Virus record (IMG/VR): IMGVR_UViG_3300048929_000143
Location: 1-63,715 of that record
Length of the DNA stretch: 63,715 nt
Origin: a virus
Reading direction: 5' to 3' (one strand)
Positions 9,815-19,298 of the stretch are shown piece after piece (positions within the stretch are counted from its first letter, which is position 1; every line of letters begins with the position of its first letter). The notes under the pieces are model-generated. The model had not been told where the DNA came from. It worked only from the letters and a program-made list of their open reading frames with translations, and did not search any database. Both the position numbers and the translations under genes were made by a program.

Positions 9815-11520
9815 TGGCCGACAAAACAGTTAAGGGGACGCGCGACGCTAACAGTGTCGTGAAGACGATGTCTCAGACGATGAATAACGCCTGGCTGCTG
9901 TACGTGCAGGACACCTTCTCCGGTGCTGCAGCCAACACGTTATACCGCCTGTCGAAGTGGACGTACTTTGACGGCGGCGTCTATACGGTGCAAATGGCGG
10001 GCGACGATAAGGTAGAGATGTTCATCGACTCGTCGAAGGTCGGCGAATCCATTTACCCGAACGTGGCCACTTACGAATATGTGACGATTGATCAGGGGTG
10101 GCACCGTGTCGACGTGTCTTACACGAACGTACCGGCGAACACCCCATCCTATGCCGGATGGGCGTTCTATCGAGACGGCAACGTCGTAGCGGAGATCATT
10201 TCCGAGCCAGACGGCACGAAGGGCAACGATTCCGAATGGCCAGACATCGGACCGAAACCGGCGGGCAACGGGAGCAACATTCTCGGTCTGCCGGTATTCC
10301 TTCCGGAACCGAACTGGGGCGACGGCATCACCGAATCGTGGGCGTGGCTGTCGACTATCCAGACGTCGGAAACCGGAGCCGAGCAGCGCCGCAAGATTCG
10401 CCGTTTCCCGCGCCGGTACGTTGAAGCGCAGTTCCGCGGATTGAAGAATAAACGCCGGACGATCGAGATGGCCATTATCGGCCTTGGCCGCGACCAGTGC
10501 CTGATCCCGTTATGGTTCGACACCCAGTTTATCGAATGGAACCTGACCGAGAAAGAAACCGTCATTCACGGCGATTTCAATTACCGGAACTTCTACGCTG
10601 GCGGCGTGGCCATCCTCCGCAACATGGACCGGTCGAAGATTTTCGATTACGAACTGGTTCCGATTCTGGAGGTTCACGAAGACCGAATCGTTCTGGCCAC
10701 CGGACTGAAAAAGGACTGGTCGAACTTCCGTCTGTTCCCGTGTCGAGTCGCGGTGATCGATGACGCGGTTAACGCGGACAACTATACCAACGCTGCAGCA
10801 GACTTTCAGGTGCGCTTCCGCGTCATCACGGCCGAATCGTTTATCCAGCCGTCGTGGATTTTCAACGATGTCGGCTGGCCGCGTAACGGGCGCGACAACC
10901 TGCCGATCATCAACCAGCGCCCGAACTGGCGGGAGAACATTTCCCACTCGTTTGACCGCATCGTGTTCTGGACAGACAACCAGACGGGCATCCCGTTTGT
11001 CATGGACGCCGGAAACCAGGAGACGCAGGACTGGTCGCTGCCGTGGTTGCTGAAAGGGAAGAAGGAGAAGTTCACCTTCATCCAGATGCTGTATGCCATG
11101 GCAGGCCAGACGCAGCCGTTCTACGCGCCTAACTGGCTGGAAGATTTTACGCTGGTGGAAGACATCAATCCGGCTGACGGGTACATCGCCGTGGAGCAGA
11201 CCGGATACTCATACTATGCCGATCTTCTGCAGGAAATCCGCCGCAACCTGTACCTGGAAAAACGCGATGGAACGGTGCTCACTGCCCGCATAGTTAGTGC
11301 GCGCGCCGAGGACGGGGTCGAATATTTATACCTCGACCAGACCATCGGCTCTATCGCCAAAGAAGACATCCGAGTGTTATGCTTCATGCCATACTGCCGT
11401 TTAGGTTCAGACTCCGTGGAAATCACACACCACGCAGACCTGACTGGCGCGGCAGAATGTGTGCTGGCGCTACACGGATTTATCGAACGACGAGATGGAG
11501 CGCCAGCCGTATTCCCATAA
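9814..11520 (+). CDS. Distal tail protein: GTA g12-like core with N-terminal carbohydrate-binding-like extension
   Basis: 568 aa; ...SETGAEQRRKIRRFPRRYVE...IPLWFD resembles the G.E.R...R..PR motif of DUF2460/g12-type proteins (recalled). The first ~150 aa look like a PA14/CBM-type beta domain. Confidence 0.6.
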   Translation: MADKTVKGTRDANSVVKTMSQTMNNAWLLYVQDTFSGAAANTLYRLSKWTYFDGGVYTVQMAGDDKVEMFIDSSKVGESIYPNVATYEYVTIDQGWHRVDVSYTNVPANTPSYAGWAFYRDGNVVAEIISEPDGTKGNDSEWPDIGPKPAGNGSNILGLPVFLPEPNWGDGITESWAWLSTIQTSETGAEQRRKIRRFPRRYVEAQFRGLKNKRRTIEMAIIGLGRDQCLIPLWFDTQFIEWNLTEKETVIHGDFNYRNFYAGGVAILRNMDRSKIFDYELVPILEVHEDRIVLATGLKKDWSNFRLFPCRVAVIDDAVNADNYTNAAADFQVRFRVITAESFIQPSWIFNDVGWPRNGRDNLPIINQRPNWRENISHSFDRIVFWTDNQTGIPFVMDAGNQETQDWSLPWLLKGKKEKFTFIQMLYAMAGQTQPFYAPNWLEDFTLVEDINPADGYIAVEQTGYSYYADLLQEIRRNLYLEKRDGTVLTARIVSARAEDGVEYLYLDQTIGSIAKEDIRVLCFMPYCRLGSDSVEITHHADLTGAAECVLALHGFIERRDGAPAVFP

Positions 11521-11530
11521 GGAGAAGGCT

Positions 11531-12355
11531 ATGGCGTACAACGAGTATGAGGCGTCGACATTTAGTGGGCGCCCCATCCACCTTTACGAATTCACTATCG
11601 ACACAAAGGCATGGTACGTGACGTCCGCGGACAGCGATATTTCTGTCGGCGGACGTCTGTACAAAACCCTTGGCATTGAGGATGACGGCGTCAGCCAGAC
11701 CGGCGAAGCGCAGACGGACTCCTTCACCATCCGGTTGCCAATCACGTTCGACCTGGTATCCCTCTACGTCAACACCCCGCCAATCAATGATGTCCTGGTC
11801 AAACGTGCTCGCGTCCACGAGAACGACAACGAGCTGGCCTATAACTACGTCGGCTTCATCAATAACGTGAACTTCACGACCCCAGGCGTGGCCGAAATCA
11901 CCTGCCAGACGCTTGGTCCCACGATGCAACGAAACGGCCTGCGCCTGACGTGGCAGCGCGGCTGTCCTTACGTTCTGTACGACCAGACCACCTGTAAGGT
12001 AAATAAAGACGCGCACAAACTGACGACCACCGTTACGAACGCGCAGGGCGGTAAAATCACCGTAGCCGCGGACATCGCAGCGTTCGGGGACAACTACTTC
12101 ACCGCCGGATTCGTTGAGTGGGTAGACCGCCGGACAGGTGGCCCGAACCGTCGCGGCATCACGTCGCAGATTGGCAACACGATCACTTTGCTCGGCCGAA
12201 GCGATGGCATTGCGAACGGCGATCCGATATACATTTACCCAGGCTGCAATCGTGTCGCTCAGACCTGCAGCAGCAAATTTAACAACATGGCCAACTATGG
12301 CGGGGAACCGCACATTCCAGGCAAGTCGCCTTTCTCCGGCGACCCAATCTTCTAA
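11531..12355 (+). CDS. Tail protein, BR0599/DUF2163 family (GTA g13-like)
   Basis: ATG 11531 after AAGGAGAAGG. C-terminal YPGCNRVAQTCSSKFNNMANYGGEPHIPGKSPF matches the family's Cys-x-x-C...F.N..N(F/Y)GG signature. Confidence 0.75.
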   Translation: MAYNEYEASTFSGRPIHLYEFTIDTKAWYVTSADSDISVGGRLYKTLGIEDDGVSQTGEAQTDSFTIRLPITFDLVSLYVNTPPINDVLVKRARVHENDNELAYNYVGFINNVNFTTPGVAEITCQTLGPTMQRNGLRLTWQRGCPYVLYDQTTCKVNKDAHKLTTTVTNAQGGKITVAADIAAFGDNYFTAGFVEWVDRRTGGPNRRGITSQIGNTITLLGRSDGIANGDPIYIYPGCNRVAQTCSSKFNNMANYGGEPHIPGKSPFSGDPIF

Positions 12356-12365
12356 GGGGGGCAAG

Positions 12366-12608
12366 ATGGAACCGATGACGTGGGTAATGCTGGCGATGAT
12401 GGTGGCCAGTATGATTCTGTCGGTGGTGCTGGCGCCGAAACCAGCGCAGCCGCAGCCAGGCACCTATGATGATATGAACATCCCGCAGATTGACGAAGGT
12501 ACGCCGCAATCCGTCATCTTCGGCGAGGTGTGGATCTCCGACTGGTTCGTTCTGGCCACCGGCAATTTCCGCACGAAGAAAGTCAAAGCGAAAAACGCGA
12601 AAAAATAA
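12366..12608 (+). CDS. Tail assembly protein I-like (C-terminal-domain type)
   Basis: 80 aa; AAGGGGGG RBS. TM helix, then APKPAQP...EGTPQSVIFGEVWIS, like the end of lambda gpI / start of GTA g15 as I recall them. Confidence 0.55.
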   Translation: MEPMTWVMLAMMVASMILSVVLAPKPAQPQPGTYDDMNIPQIDEGTPQSVIFGEVWISDWFVLATGNFRTKKVKAKNAKK

Positions 12609-12617
12609 GGGGGCGTT

Positions 12618-12833
12618 ATGCTTATCACTGTCGAACATATCCGCGCCGCGCATCTCTGCGGCCGTGGACTGGTAAACCGCATGAAACGTGTTGGCATGAC
12701 CGACGAGGAAATCATGAACGCGCTGCAGAACGGGATGCCGGAAGAACAAGTCCGAGCCTATGGCGACGCGCAAATGAACGCCGTTATCGAACTGGCACAC
12801 CGAATGGAAGCGGAGAAGAAAGCCAATGGGTAA
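12618..12833 (+). CDS. Hypothetical small protein between I-like and J-like genes
   Basis: 71 aa; AAGGGGG RBS; ATGGGTAA overlap couples it to the J-like start. Confidence 0.5.
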   Translation: MLITVEHIRAAHLCGRGLVNRMKRVGMTDEEIMNALQNGMPEEQVRAYGDAQMNAVIELAHRMEAEKKANG

Positions 12834-15800
12834 GGCGAAGAACGTAACAGTCGGCTTTAAGTATTTAATGTCGATGCAAATGGGTATGTGCCGCGGGCCG
12901 GTAGACGCGCTGCTGGAGATTCGCGTGGGCGACCGTCAGGCGTGGTCGGGCGAGATGACCGGCAACACGAAGTTCAAGATCAGCAAAGGCGAACTGTTTG
13001 GCGGCACCAAAGCGGAAGGCGGCATAGACGGGGACGCCGAGTTCTACATGGGCGGCGCGACTCAGACCGTATCCGATAAGGTGAAGAGTATTCTGCCAGG
13101 CCTGTCGCCGGAGTTCAGGGGGATTGTGACCCTGTTCTTCGACGGCATGGTCTGCGCGATGAACCCATACCCGAAACCGTGGGCGTTCAAACTTCGCCGT
13201 CTGCTGCAGGGATGGGACGGTGGTGCTTGGTATCCGGCGAAGATCCGTATCGACCAGACCACCACGTACACCGATGATGACGGGCATACGCGCGTCGGCA
13301 CCATCCAGTCGATGAACGGCGTCCACATCCTGTACGAAGCGTGTACCAACCGTGTGTGGGGGCGTGGCATCCCGCGCTCGGCGATGTACGAAGCGCAATG
13401 GCAATACGCGGCAGACCTCGCTTACGAAGAAGGGATGGGGCTTTGCCTCGCGTGGAAACGAACCGACAACCTGGACTCTTTCGCGCAGAACATTCTTGAT
13501 CACCTCGGCGCCACGATGTACGTCGATAAACAGACCGGCCTGCTGACGATTAAACTGATCCGCGACGATTACGTGTTCGAACAGTTGCCGGTCTTCACGA
13601 ACGATTCTGGCCTCGTCGCGGTAGAGGAATGTTCGGTGGCCGCGGGTACCAGCCTGATTAACGAAATCGTGGTCGGCTATCACTCGCCGCTGTCGAACGA
13701 AGACGGGAAGGTGCGCTCGCAGAACCTTGCCGGTATCCAGACTGCAGGGTCAATCGTTTCCAGCAACGTGGACTACATGGGCGCGCCGACCGCCGAGCTG
13801 GCCCAACGACTCGCTGACCGTGACCTGAACGCGCAGGCGCTGCCACTTCGCGGCTTCAAAGTGAAGGTCGACCATCGCGGCTGGAAGATTCAGCCTGGTA
13901 CCGTCTTCCGCATCCAGGACCCGAAACGCGGGGGCATCGACATCGCCATTCGCGCCGGTGCTGTGGAAGAGATGCCGATCACCGACGGCTATCTGCATAT
14001 CTCTGCAGTCGAGGACGTCTTTGCTATGCCGGTAAACGGCACCGCTGCCGTCCAGCCGCCGGTAACTAACCCGCCTGACCGTTTGCCTGCCATTGCCCGA
14101 CGTCGTGCGTATGAGGTGCCGTATGCGCTGCTGAACCGCATGTATCCGCCTGGCGAGTTCAACGCCATCCAACCGCAATGGGGTTACTATGGCATGGCCG
14201 CAGAGAAGCCTACCGGTCTGTCGATGGGTTATGATCTGGCCATGCGCGCGGGCGGCGAGTCTTCTTTCGAAATCCGTGGCCAGGGCGGCTTCGTTCCGCT
14301 CGGCGAACTGATGGAAAACATCTCCTATCTGACGACGCTTATCAAAATCAATAAGCTGAAAGACGAAGACGAGATGGTGGCGGGCGAGTGTATCTATCTC
14401 GGCGAAGAAATCATGCGCGTGGACGCTATCGACGAAAGAGCCGGAGAGTTCTGGCTGACCGTTGCCCGCGGCGTTTATGACACGGTGCCGGCCCCACAAG
14501 CAGCCGGACAACTGGCGTGGTTCTTCGAAGACGAAGTCGGCTCGGATTCCGTGGCATACGTGGGCGGGGAGACGGTCGACGGTAAAGTTCTGCCGTATAC
14601 GCTCGCTGGCCGGTACCCACTGGAAGACGCACCCATCGACACCGTGAAGATGAACTTCCGCTTCTATCGCCCGTATGCCCCTGGATATGTATGGCTGAAC
14701 GACCAGTGGCGCTGGTATGTCAAAACATCGTTAAGCAAGAATGCTCCGGTACTGACTATCTCATGGAAACACCGCGATCGTGTGGCGCAGGAAGATACCC
14801 GCGTCGATCATGAAGTCGGGAACATTGGTCCGGAACCAGGCACTTCGTATGTCCTTCGTTTCTACAATGACCAGAACGTTCTCGTCCGTCAGGAAACCGG
14901 TATTACCGGCACGTCTTATCAGTACCTGTGGACGCAGGCGATGTCCGACCTTGGCGTGACCGAGCAGGATGATGGCCGCGTGTTCGACATGTACGCGACG
15001 CTGTTCACCCGCCGGAACAATTACGAATCCTGGCAGGGCTACCGGATGCAGATTCAGGTGGAGGACATTGCGACTTACCTGCAGATGGCTCAACTGGCGC
15101 AGCAGACTTCTATGAAGGTCAGCGACACCGATGGCGGGGAAGACGACTCAACGCCGACATACGGCCTGATGATGTCGTCCCTTGGCCAGCAGACCGCTAC
15201 CGACGTCGACGACAGCGATGGCAGCAACGTTCCGGCTGACGGTCTGGCCATGGCATCACTCGGTCAGGCAGCGAGCCAGATGACGCTGATGCCGGTTGTC
15301 ATGGATGCCACGCTGTTCGAAGCGCCGTACCTGGAACTGTACCGCCTGAACCTCAGCCTGAACAACTCCCGTCCGATGGGCGTGGTTGCCCGTACTTCTG
15401 ACCGCCTGACTGATGGCTATGAGTTCTGGTCATCGGCGCTGGACGTCACCTACGACGCCAAAGGCAATCCGATCTACACACCGAAGAACTGGCAGTCTTC
15501 CGGCTCCGGCGCGTTCACTCCGTGGGCTGTGACCACCAGCAAACTCGACTACCTGGATACGCAGGTGACGTTCGGCGCGACATCCGAACAAGACGGTGTT
15601 CCGCTGGAAGGGATTTCCGTTGGCGACCTTGCGCTGATCGATAAAGAGATTGTCCGCGTCGACTCTATCGGCAACGGATTCCTGGTTCTCGGCCGAGGCG
15701 TGGCAGACACTGTTCCGGCGGTACACTACACCAACACCCCGATCTGGTTCTTCCAGAAGAAAAACGCCATCTCCGGCTATGTCTACGGCGGCCAGGAATG

Positions 15801-16626
15801 GGTGGGCGTGAAACTGAAACCGGAAACCCACACTGTCCCGTATCCGCTCGATCAGGTACCGCAGACGAACATCCAGATGAAGACGCGACCGGTCCGGCCG
15901 TATGCTCCAGGTGACGTGTTCATCGCTAACAATCGCTGGTGGGTACCGGCGCAGGCGTACACGGTTGACAGTCAGGGCATCTACCACGCGCGCGACGTCA
16001 ACATTTCGTGGAAACACCGCGACCGTCTGTCTCAGGCGGGTGACGCGATTGACCACATGGCCGGTAACATTGGTCCGGAGCCTGGCGTTAAGTACCGCGT
16101 TTGGGTCGGGTATGTGCTGCCGAACAGCAAAGGTGGCGCGGACAAGATTACCCTGCGTCAGTACGACGTCGACGGTACCGGCTTCACGTACACTGCGGCC
16201 ATGGCGGAAGCCGACGGCGCGAAAGCGGGGCCGGTGTTCAAAGCCTGCGGCAACGTGTCGATCATGATGACGCTGTTCGCGGTTAACCCAAGTGGTTTAG
16301 AATCATGGCAGGGGTACTCGTTCTACGTCGGCGTCCCGACAAACGCCTGCGCACCTGGACAACAACCTGGTGGCGGCAATCAGCCTGGCGGTGGTTCAGG
16401 TGGCGGAAGCGGGGGCGGCAATCCTGGTGATCCAGGTGGTCCTAACGAGCCAGACCCGACTGACCCGACAACGCCAGACCCGACTGACCCAGTAGATCCA
16501 GACTGGCCGCCGGAGATTCCGCCTATCATCGTTGACCCGCCGGAGCCGCCAGACCCTGACTTCGAAGGCTCATGGTCATACGACTGGGATCATGGTTGGG
16601 CTAACACTCTGCCAAAAACGCTTTAA
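12826..16626 (+). CDS. Tail tip / host specificity protein (lambda J / GTA g15-like)
   Basis: 1266 aa; starts MGKAKN... like J (MGKGSSKG...), then ...MGMCRGPVDALLEIRVGD. Internal ~200-aa duplicated module; Gly/Pro-rich C-terminus. Confidence 0.85.
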   Translation: MGKAKNVTVGFKYLMSMQMGMCRGPVDALLEIRVGDRQAWSGEMTGNTKFKISKGELFGGTKAEGGIDGDAEFYMGGATQTVSDKVKSILPGLSPEFRGIVTLFFDGMVCAMNPYPKPWAFKLRRLLQGWDGGAWYPAKIRIDQTTTYTDDDGHTRVGTIQSMNGVHILYEACTNRVWGRGIPRSAMYEAQWQYAADLAYEEGMGLCLAWKRTDNLDSFAQNILDHLGATMYVDKQTGLLTIKLIRDDYVFEQLPVFTNDSGLVAVEECSVAAGTSLINEIVVGYHSPLSNEDGKVRSQNLAGIQTAGSIVSSNVDYMGAPTAELAQRLADRDLNAQALPLRGFKVKVDHRGWKIQPGTVFRIQDPKRGGIDIAIRAGAVEEMPITDGYLHISAVEDVFAMPVNGTAAVQPPVTNPPDRLPAIARRRAYEVPYALLNRMYPPGEFNAIQPQWGYYGMAAEKPTGLSMGYDLAMRAGGESSFEIRGQGGFVPLGELMENISYLTTLIKINKLKDEDEMVAGECIYLGEEIMRVDAIDERAGEFWLTVARGVYDTVPAPQAAGQLAWFFEDEVGSDSVAYVGGETVDGKVLPYTLAGRYPLEDAPIDTVKMNFRFYRPYAPGYVWLNDQWRWYVKTSLSKNAPVLTISWKHRDRVAQEDTRVDHEVGNIGPEPGTSYVLRFYNDQNVLVRQETGITGTSYQYLWTQAMSDLGVTEQDDGRVFDMYATLFTRRNNYESWQGYRMQIQVEDIATYLQMAQLAQQTSMKVSDTDGGEDDSTPTYGLMMSSLGQQTATDVDDSDGSNVPADGLAMASLGQAASQMTLMPVVMDATLFEAPYLELYRLNLSLNNSRPMGVVARTSDRLTDGYEFWSSALDVTYDAKGNPIYTPKNWQSSGSGAFTPWAVTTSKLDYLDTQVTFGATSEQDGVPLEGISVGDLALIDKEIVRVDSIGNGFLVLGRGVADTVPAVHYTNTPIWFFQKKNAISGYVYGGQEWVGVKLKPETHTVPYPLDQVPQTNIQMKTRPVRPYAPGDVFIANNRWWVPAQAYTVDSQGIYHARDVNISWKHRDRLSQAGDAIDHMAGNIGPEPGVKYRVWVGYVLPNSKGGADKITLRQYDVDGTGFTYTAAMAEADGAKAGPVFKACGNVSIMMTLFAVNPSGLESWQGYSFYVGVPTNACAPGQQPGGGNQPGGGSGGGSGGGNPGDPGGPNEPDPTDPTTPDPTDPVDPDWPPEIPPIIVDPPEPPDPDFEGSWSYDWDHGWANTLPKTL

Positions 16627-16637
16627 GGAGAATCAAT

Positions 16638-17363
16638 ATGCCAGCAGTTACCGCGCCCCGTTTCGGGGTGCTGTACGGTTGGGCTGCAGGGGAAGACTTT
16701 TGGGGCGGTCCGATGAACCAGAACATGGTTCTGATGGACGCCCTGATTAACCCTTACATCCTGAACATGAACTTCGGGTCGCCGCCTCAGAACGTTGAGG
16801 ATGGCGATCAGTACATTGTGGCCACGCCATCTTCCGGTGACTGGGCTAACCAGGACGGCAAACTCGCCTACCGCATCGGTGGCCAGTGGGTATTCTTTGA
16901 GCCGACGCGTGGTGTGCGCGCCCGACTGGTCAACATCAACGCGTGGATCTGGTATGACGGCGTTCAGTGGGTCGACGAGACTACCGGCCAAACCCCGGGA
17001 ACTGACCCAGGCGTACTCCCGCTCTATTACGATATCGGCGGCACCGTTCCGTATTCCGTGGAAGGGAATGAGTGGATCATGTTCCTGCCGCTGGTGCAGG
17101 CGGTGTCCCTGCCAAAGAACGCCGTGGGAAGTTCATTCAGGCTGGTGGCCGGTATTCAGGGGTACGTCGAACTGGCGCTGTACCGAAATGCCACGAAGGT
17201 CGGACGCATTATGATCCCTGCTGGCTCGACCACCGGCCAGTTCGATATTCCGAGTCCGGTATCATTCGGCGCGGGCGACATCTTCGCTATTCAAGCGCCT
17301 GCTGATATCATCGCAGGATTCAAGAACTTCGGTTGGGCGTTTCGCCTGAACATCGTGACGTGA
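16638..17363 (+). CDS. DUF2793-like tail-associated protein
   Basis: 241 aa; ...NQNMVLMDALI...PPQNVEDGDQYIVA...GDWANQDGKLAYRIGGQWVFFEP fits the DUF2793 pattern (recalled); GGAG RBS. Confidence 0.6.
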   Translation: MPAVTAPRFGVLYGWAAGEDFWGGPMNQNMVLMDALINPYILNMNFGSPPQNVEDGDQYIVATPSSGDWANQDGKLAYRIGGQWVFFEPTRGVRARLVNINAWIWYDGVQWVDETTGQTPGTDPGVLPLYYDIGGTVPYSVEGNEWIMFLPLVQAVSLPKNAVGSSFRLVAGIQGYVELALYRNATKVGRIMIPAGSTTGQFDIPSPVSFGAGDIFAIQAPADIIAGFKNFGWAFRLNIVT

Positions 17364-17371
17364 GGTAGCAC

Positions 17372-18313
17372 ATGCCATTCATTGATGGATTCGAACAATT
17401 CGACAAAGCAGAGAATCCGGCGGCAGAGATGCGGTTGGCCGACTACACCATTTTGGGGAACGTGGTGACAGGGACCGGCCGCAAGGGAGGTCGTTCGCTC
17501 GTCTGCGCCAGCAGTTCCGTATCCCGCGCATGGCCATGGACGGGCGACCGCTTTGCCGTGGGCTTCGCGTTTCAGTTCGACAAAAGGGGCGCGCTGATCC
17601 AGTTCAACAACGGGGCGACAATGGCTCTCAGCACGACTACCGGCCGCCCGTACTTCGTTGGCGGTGCTGTCGGCAATGCCGGCCCTGTGAAGAATCGCTG
17701 GTACTACTGCGAGATCGAGTTACGCCGGAATGCGCGCCAGATGGTTGTCTGGTTTAACGGCCGTCAGGATTTCGTGGCCACCATGCCGGAAGAACTGGCC
17801 AGCGCGAACGTCGTTACCTGCCGCCTCAATCCGTGGAACGCGGTGACAGATGATGTCGGCTCAACGAAGAACTACGACGACTTCTACATGAACAATGGCG
17901 CGCGCATCCAGCCGATGCAGATCGTGACGCGCTTCCCGACCAAAGACGAAACGCCAAACGAGTGGGCGCCGTCCACCAGTCCAACGGCCGCACACTGGGC
18001 GATGGTTGGTCCGCTGCCGACGGATAAACTTGACCGGTACCTGATCGGCAACGTGACGGGCGCGGAAGAATCCTTCACCTCGTCGCAGACTTTGCCGGAT
18101 ACTAATAACGTTCTGGCGCTCGGTCTGGTATCGTTAGTCCGTAAAACGACTGTCGACAACCTGACCCTGACAATGAAATTCGGTGGCCGCAACGTCCCGA
18201 ACACGGATATCCCGATGGACTGGAAGTATCGGTACTCGGACGTGCCGGTGCAGGGCGACACCTCAGAGTCCATCTTAGCCGAGAAGTTCGGCGCAGTGCT
18301 GAACAGGAGTTAA
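17372..18313 (+). CDS. Paralog 1 of 5: jelly-roll (LamG-like) tail-associated protein
   Basis: 313 aa; MPFIDGFEQF..., WYYCEIEL..MVVWFNG, YDDFYMNN, RFPTKDETPNEWAP, LVSLVRKTTVDN; GAGGT RBS. Confidence 0.7.
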   Translation: MPFIDGFEQFDKAENPAAEMRLADYTILGNVVTGTGRKGGRSLVCASSSVSRAWPWTGDRFAVGFAFQFDKRGALIQFNNGATMALSTTTGRPYFVGGAVGNAGPVKNRWYYCEIELRRNARQMVVWFNGRQDFVATMPEELASANVVTCRLNPWNAVTDDVGSTKNYDDFYMNNGARIQPMQIVTRFPTKDETPNEWAPSTSPTAAHWAMVGPLPTDKLDRYLIGNVTGAEESFTSSQTLPDTNNVLALGLVSLVRKTTVDNLTLTMKFGGRNVPNTDIPMDWKYRYSDVPVQGDTSESILAEKFGAVLNRS

Positions 18314-18316
18314 CCC

Positions 18317-19285
18317 ATGCTGATCCATATGGACGGTTTCGAACAATTTTCAAACATGACGCTGTCGCAGGTGGCCGTTGAACTTCCGGCGGCCGGATAC
18401 ACGATTGCGAACACGGTGGCCATTAGCAACGGCCGCAATAGCGATACCAAAGCAGTCATGCTCGGCACGTCTAACGTAGGCGGCTCCATCAAACGCGCTT
18501 TCGTGTCTACGGCGCCGCTGACGGTTATCGGCTTTGCCTACATGGCCGAGACGCAACGTGATGACATCGTAGCCATTGCAAACGGATTCACCCTGCAGTG
18601 GCCAGATAAGATTCAGATCAACGGCGCGAAGGGGACGGTCACGCCGGTACTGGGCGTCTGGTATTACTATGAACTGGTCATCGACAAAGACCAGAACCAG
18701 ATTCAGGTCTGGATTAACAATGTTCTCGACCTGACGGTACCGCTGCCCGCCGCGATGACTGGACTAACCACCTTTGACTGTACGTGGGCGGCTCCGGTTA
18801 AAAGCGTGAAGCGCCTGGATGACATCTTCGTGCTGAACAACGGGTCTGGCGGTGCGCCGGTCAGCCGTGTTGGTCCGCAGGCCATTACGATGCGTCTGCC
18901 TACCAGCGACTTCGTGAAAGAGTGGAGTCCGGCTACCGGCGATGATCACTTTGCCATGGTGGATAACCTGCCTCCGACGGAAACCGAATTCATCAAGTCT
19001 TCCGTTAGCGGGGCGCAGGATCTGTTCAAGTCCGGCGCGACAGCCGGTACCGGAACTATCACGGCAGTCGGCGTCGTCGTGCGCGCCCGTAAGAACGACA
19101 TTGATGCCCGCCAGATGGGCGTGGTTGTCGGTCCGAAAGGTTCGACGCAGAAAGAGAACCTGGTAACGACGCTGGACGTCACACCGAAATACTTTTACTC
19201 GTTTTTCCCGCAGGCACCTGGTAATGTGGCGTGGGACAACACTAACCTGCAGGACACCCCATTCGGTGTCGTCGTCAGACCGTAA
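18317..19285 (+). CDS. Paralog 2 of 5
   Basis: 322 aa; ..HMDGFEQF, WYYYELVID..IQVWINN, LDDIFVLNN, RLPTSDFVKEWSP, VVVRARKNDIDAR, TPFGVVVRP; AGGAG RBS. Confidence 0.7.
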   Translation: MLIHMDGFEQFSNMTLSQVAVELPAAGYTIANTVAISNGRNSDTKAVMLGTSNVGGSIKRAFVSTAPLTVIGFAYMAETQRDDIVAIANGFTLQWPDKIQINGAKGTVTPVLGVWYYYELVIDKDQNQIQVWINNVLDLTVPLPAAMTGLTTFDCTWAAPVKSVKRLDDIFVLNNGSGGAPVSRVGPQAITMRLPTSDFVKEWSPATGDDHFAMVDNLPPTETEFIKSSVSGAQDLFKSGATAGTGTITAVGVVVRARKNDIDARQMGVVVGPKGSTQKENLVTTLDVTPKYFYSFFPQAPGNVAWDNTNLQDTPFGVVVRP

Positions 19286-19298
19286 CAGGAGATAAATC

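Noticed and set aside
11480-12463. Long antisense or alternate-frame ORFs inside large genes. Examples: 11480-12463 (-), 12865-13683 (-), 13750-14511 (-), 28657-29451 (+), 29537-30367 (+), 33269-34195 (+), 38878-39639 (+), 48502-49554 (+), 54006-54818 (-), 61160-61795 (-), 63167-63697 (-)
   Set aside because: All lie fully inside better-supported genes on the other strand or frame. They translate to Arg/Gly/His/Val-rich low-complexity strings, lack RBSs and have no recognisable motifs. They are typical shadow ORFs of GC-rich coding DNA.
12366-16626. The J-like gene might be split or interrupted (intron, intein or bypass), because its N-terminal TM/EG..vYGe segment is a separate 80-aa ORF
   Set aside because: Lambda itself encodes this segment as the C-terminus of a separate protein (gpI), followed by J starting MGKG.... 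A separate I-like gene is therefore the normal siphovirus state. Only the extra 71-aa ORF and the junction repeat were kept, as a low-interest finding.
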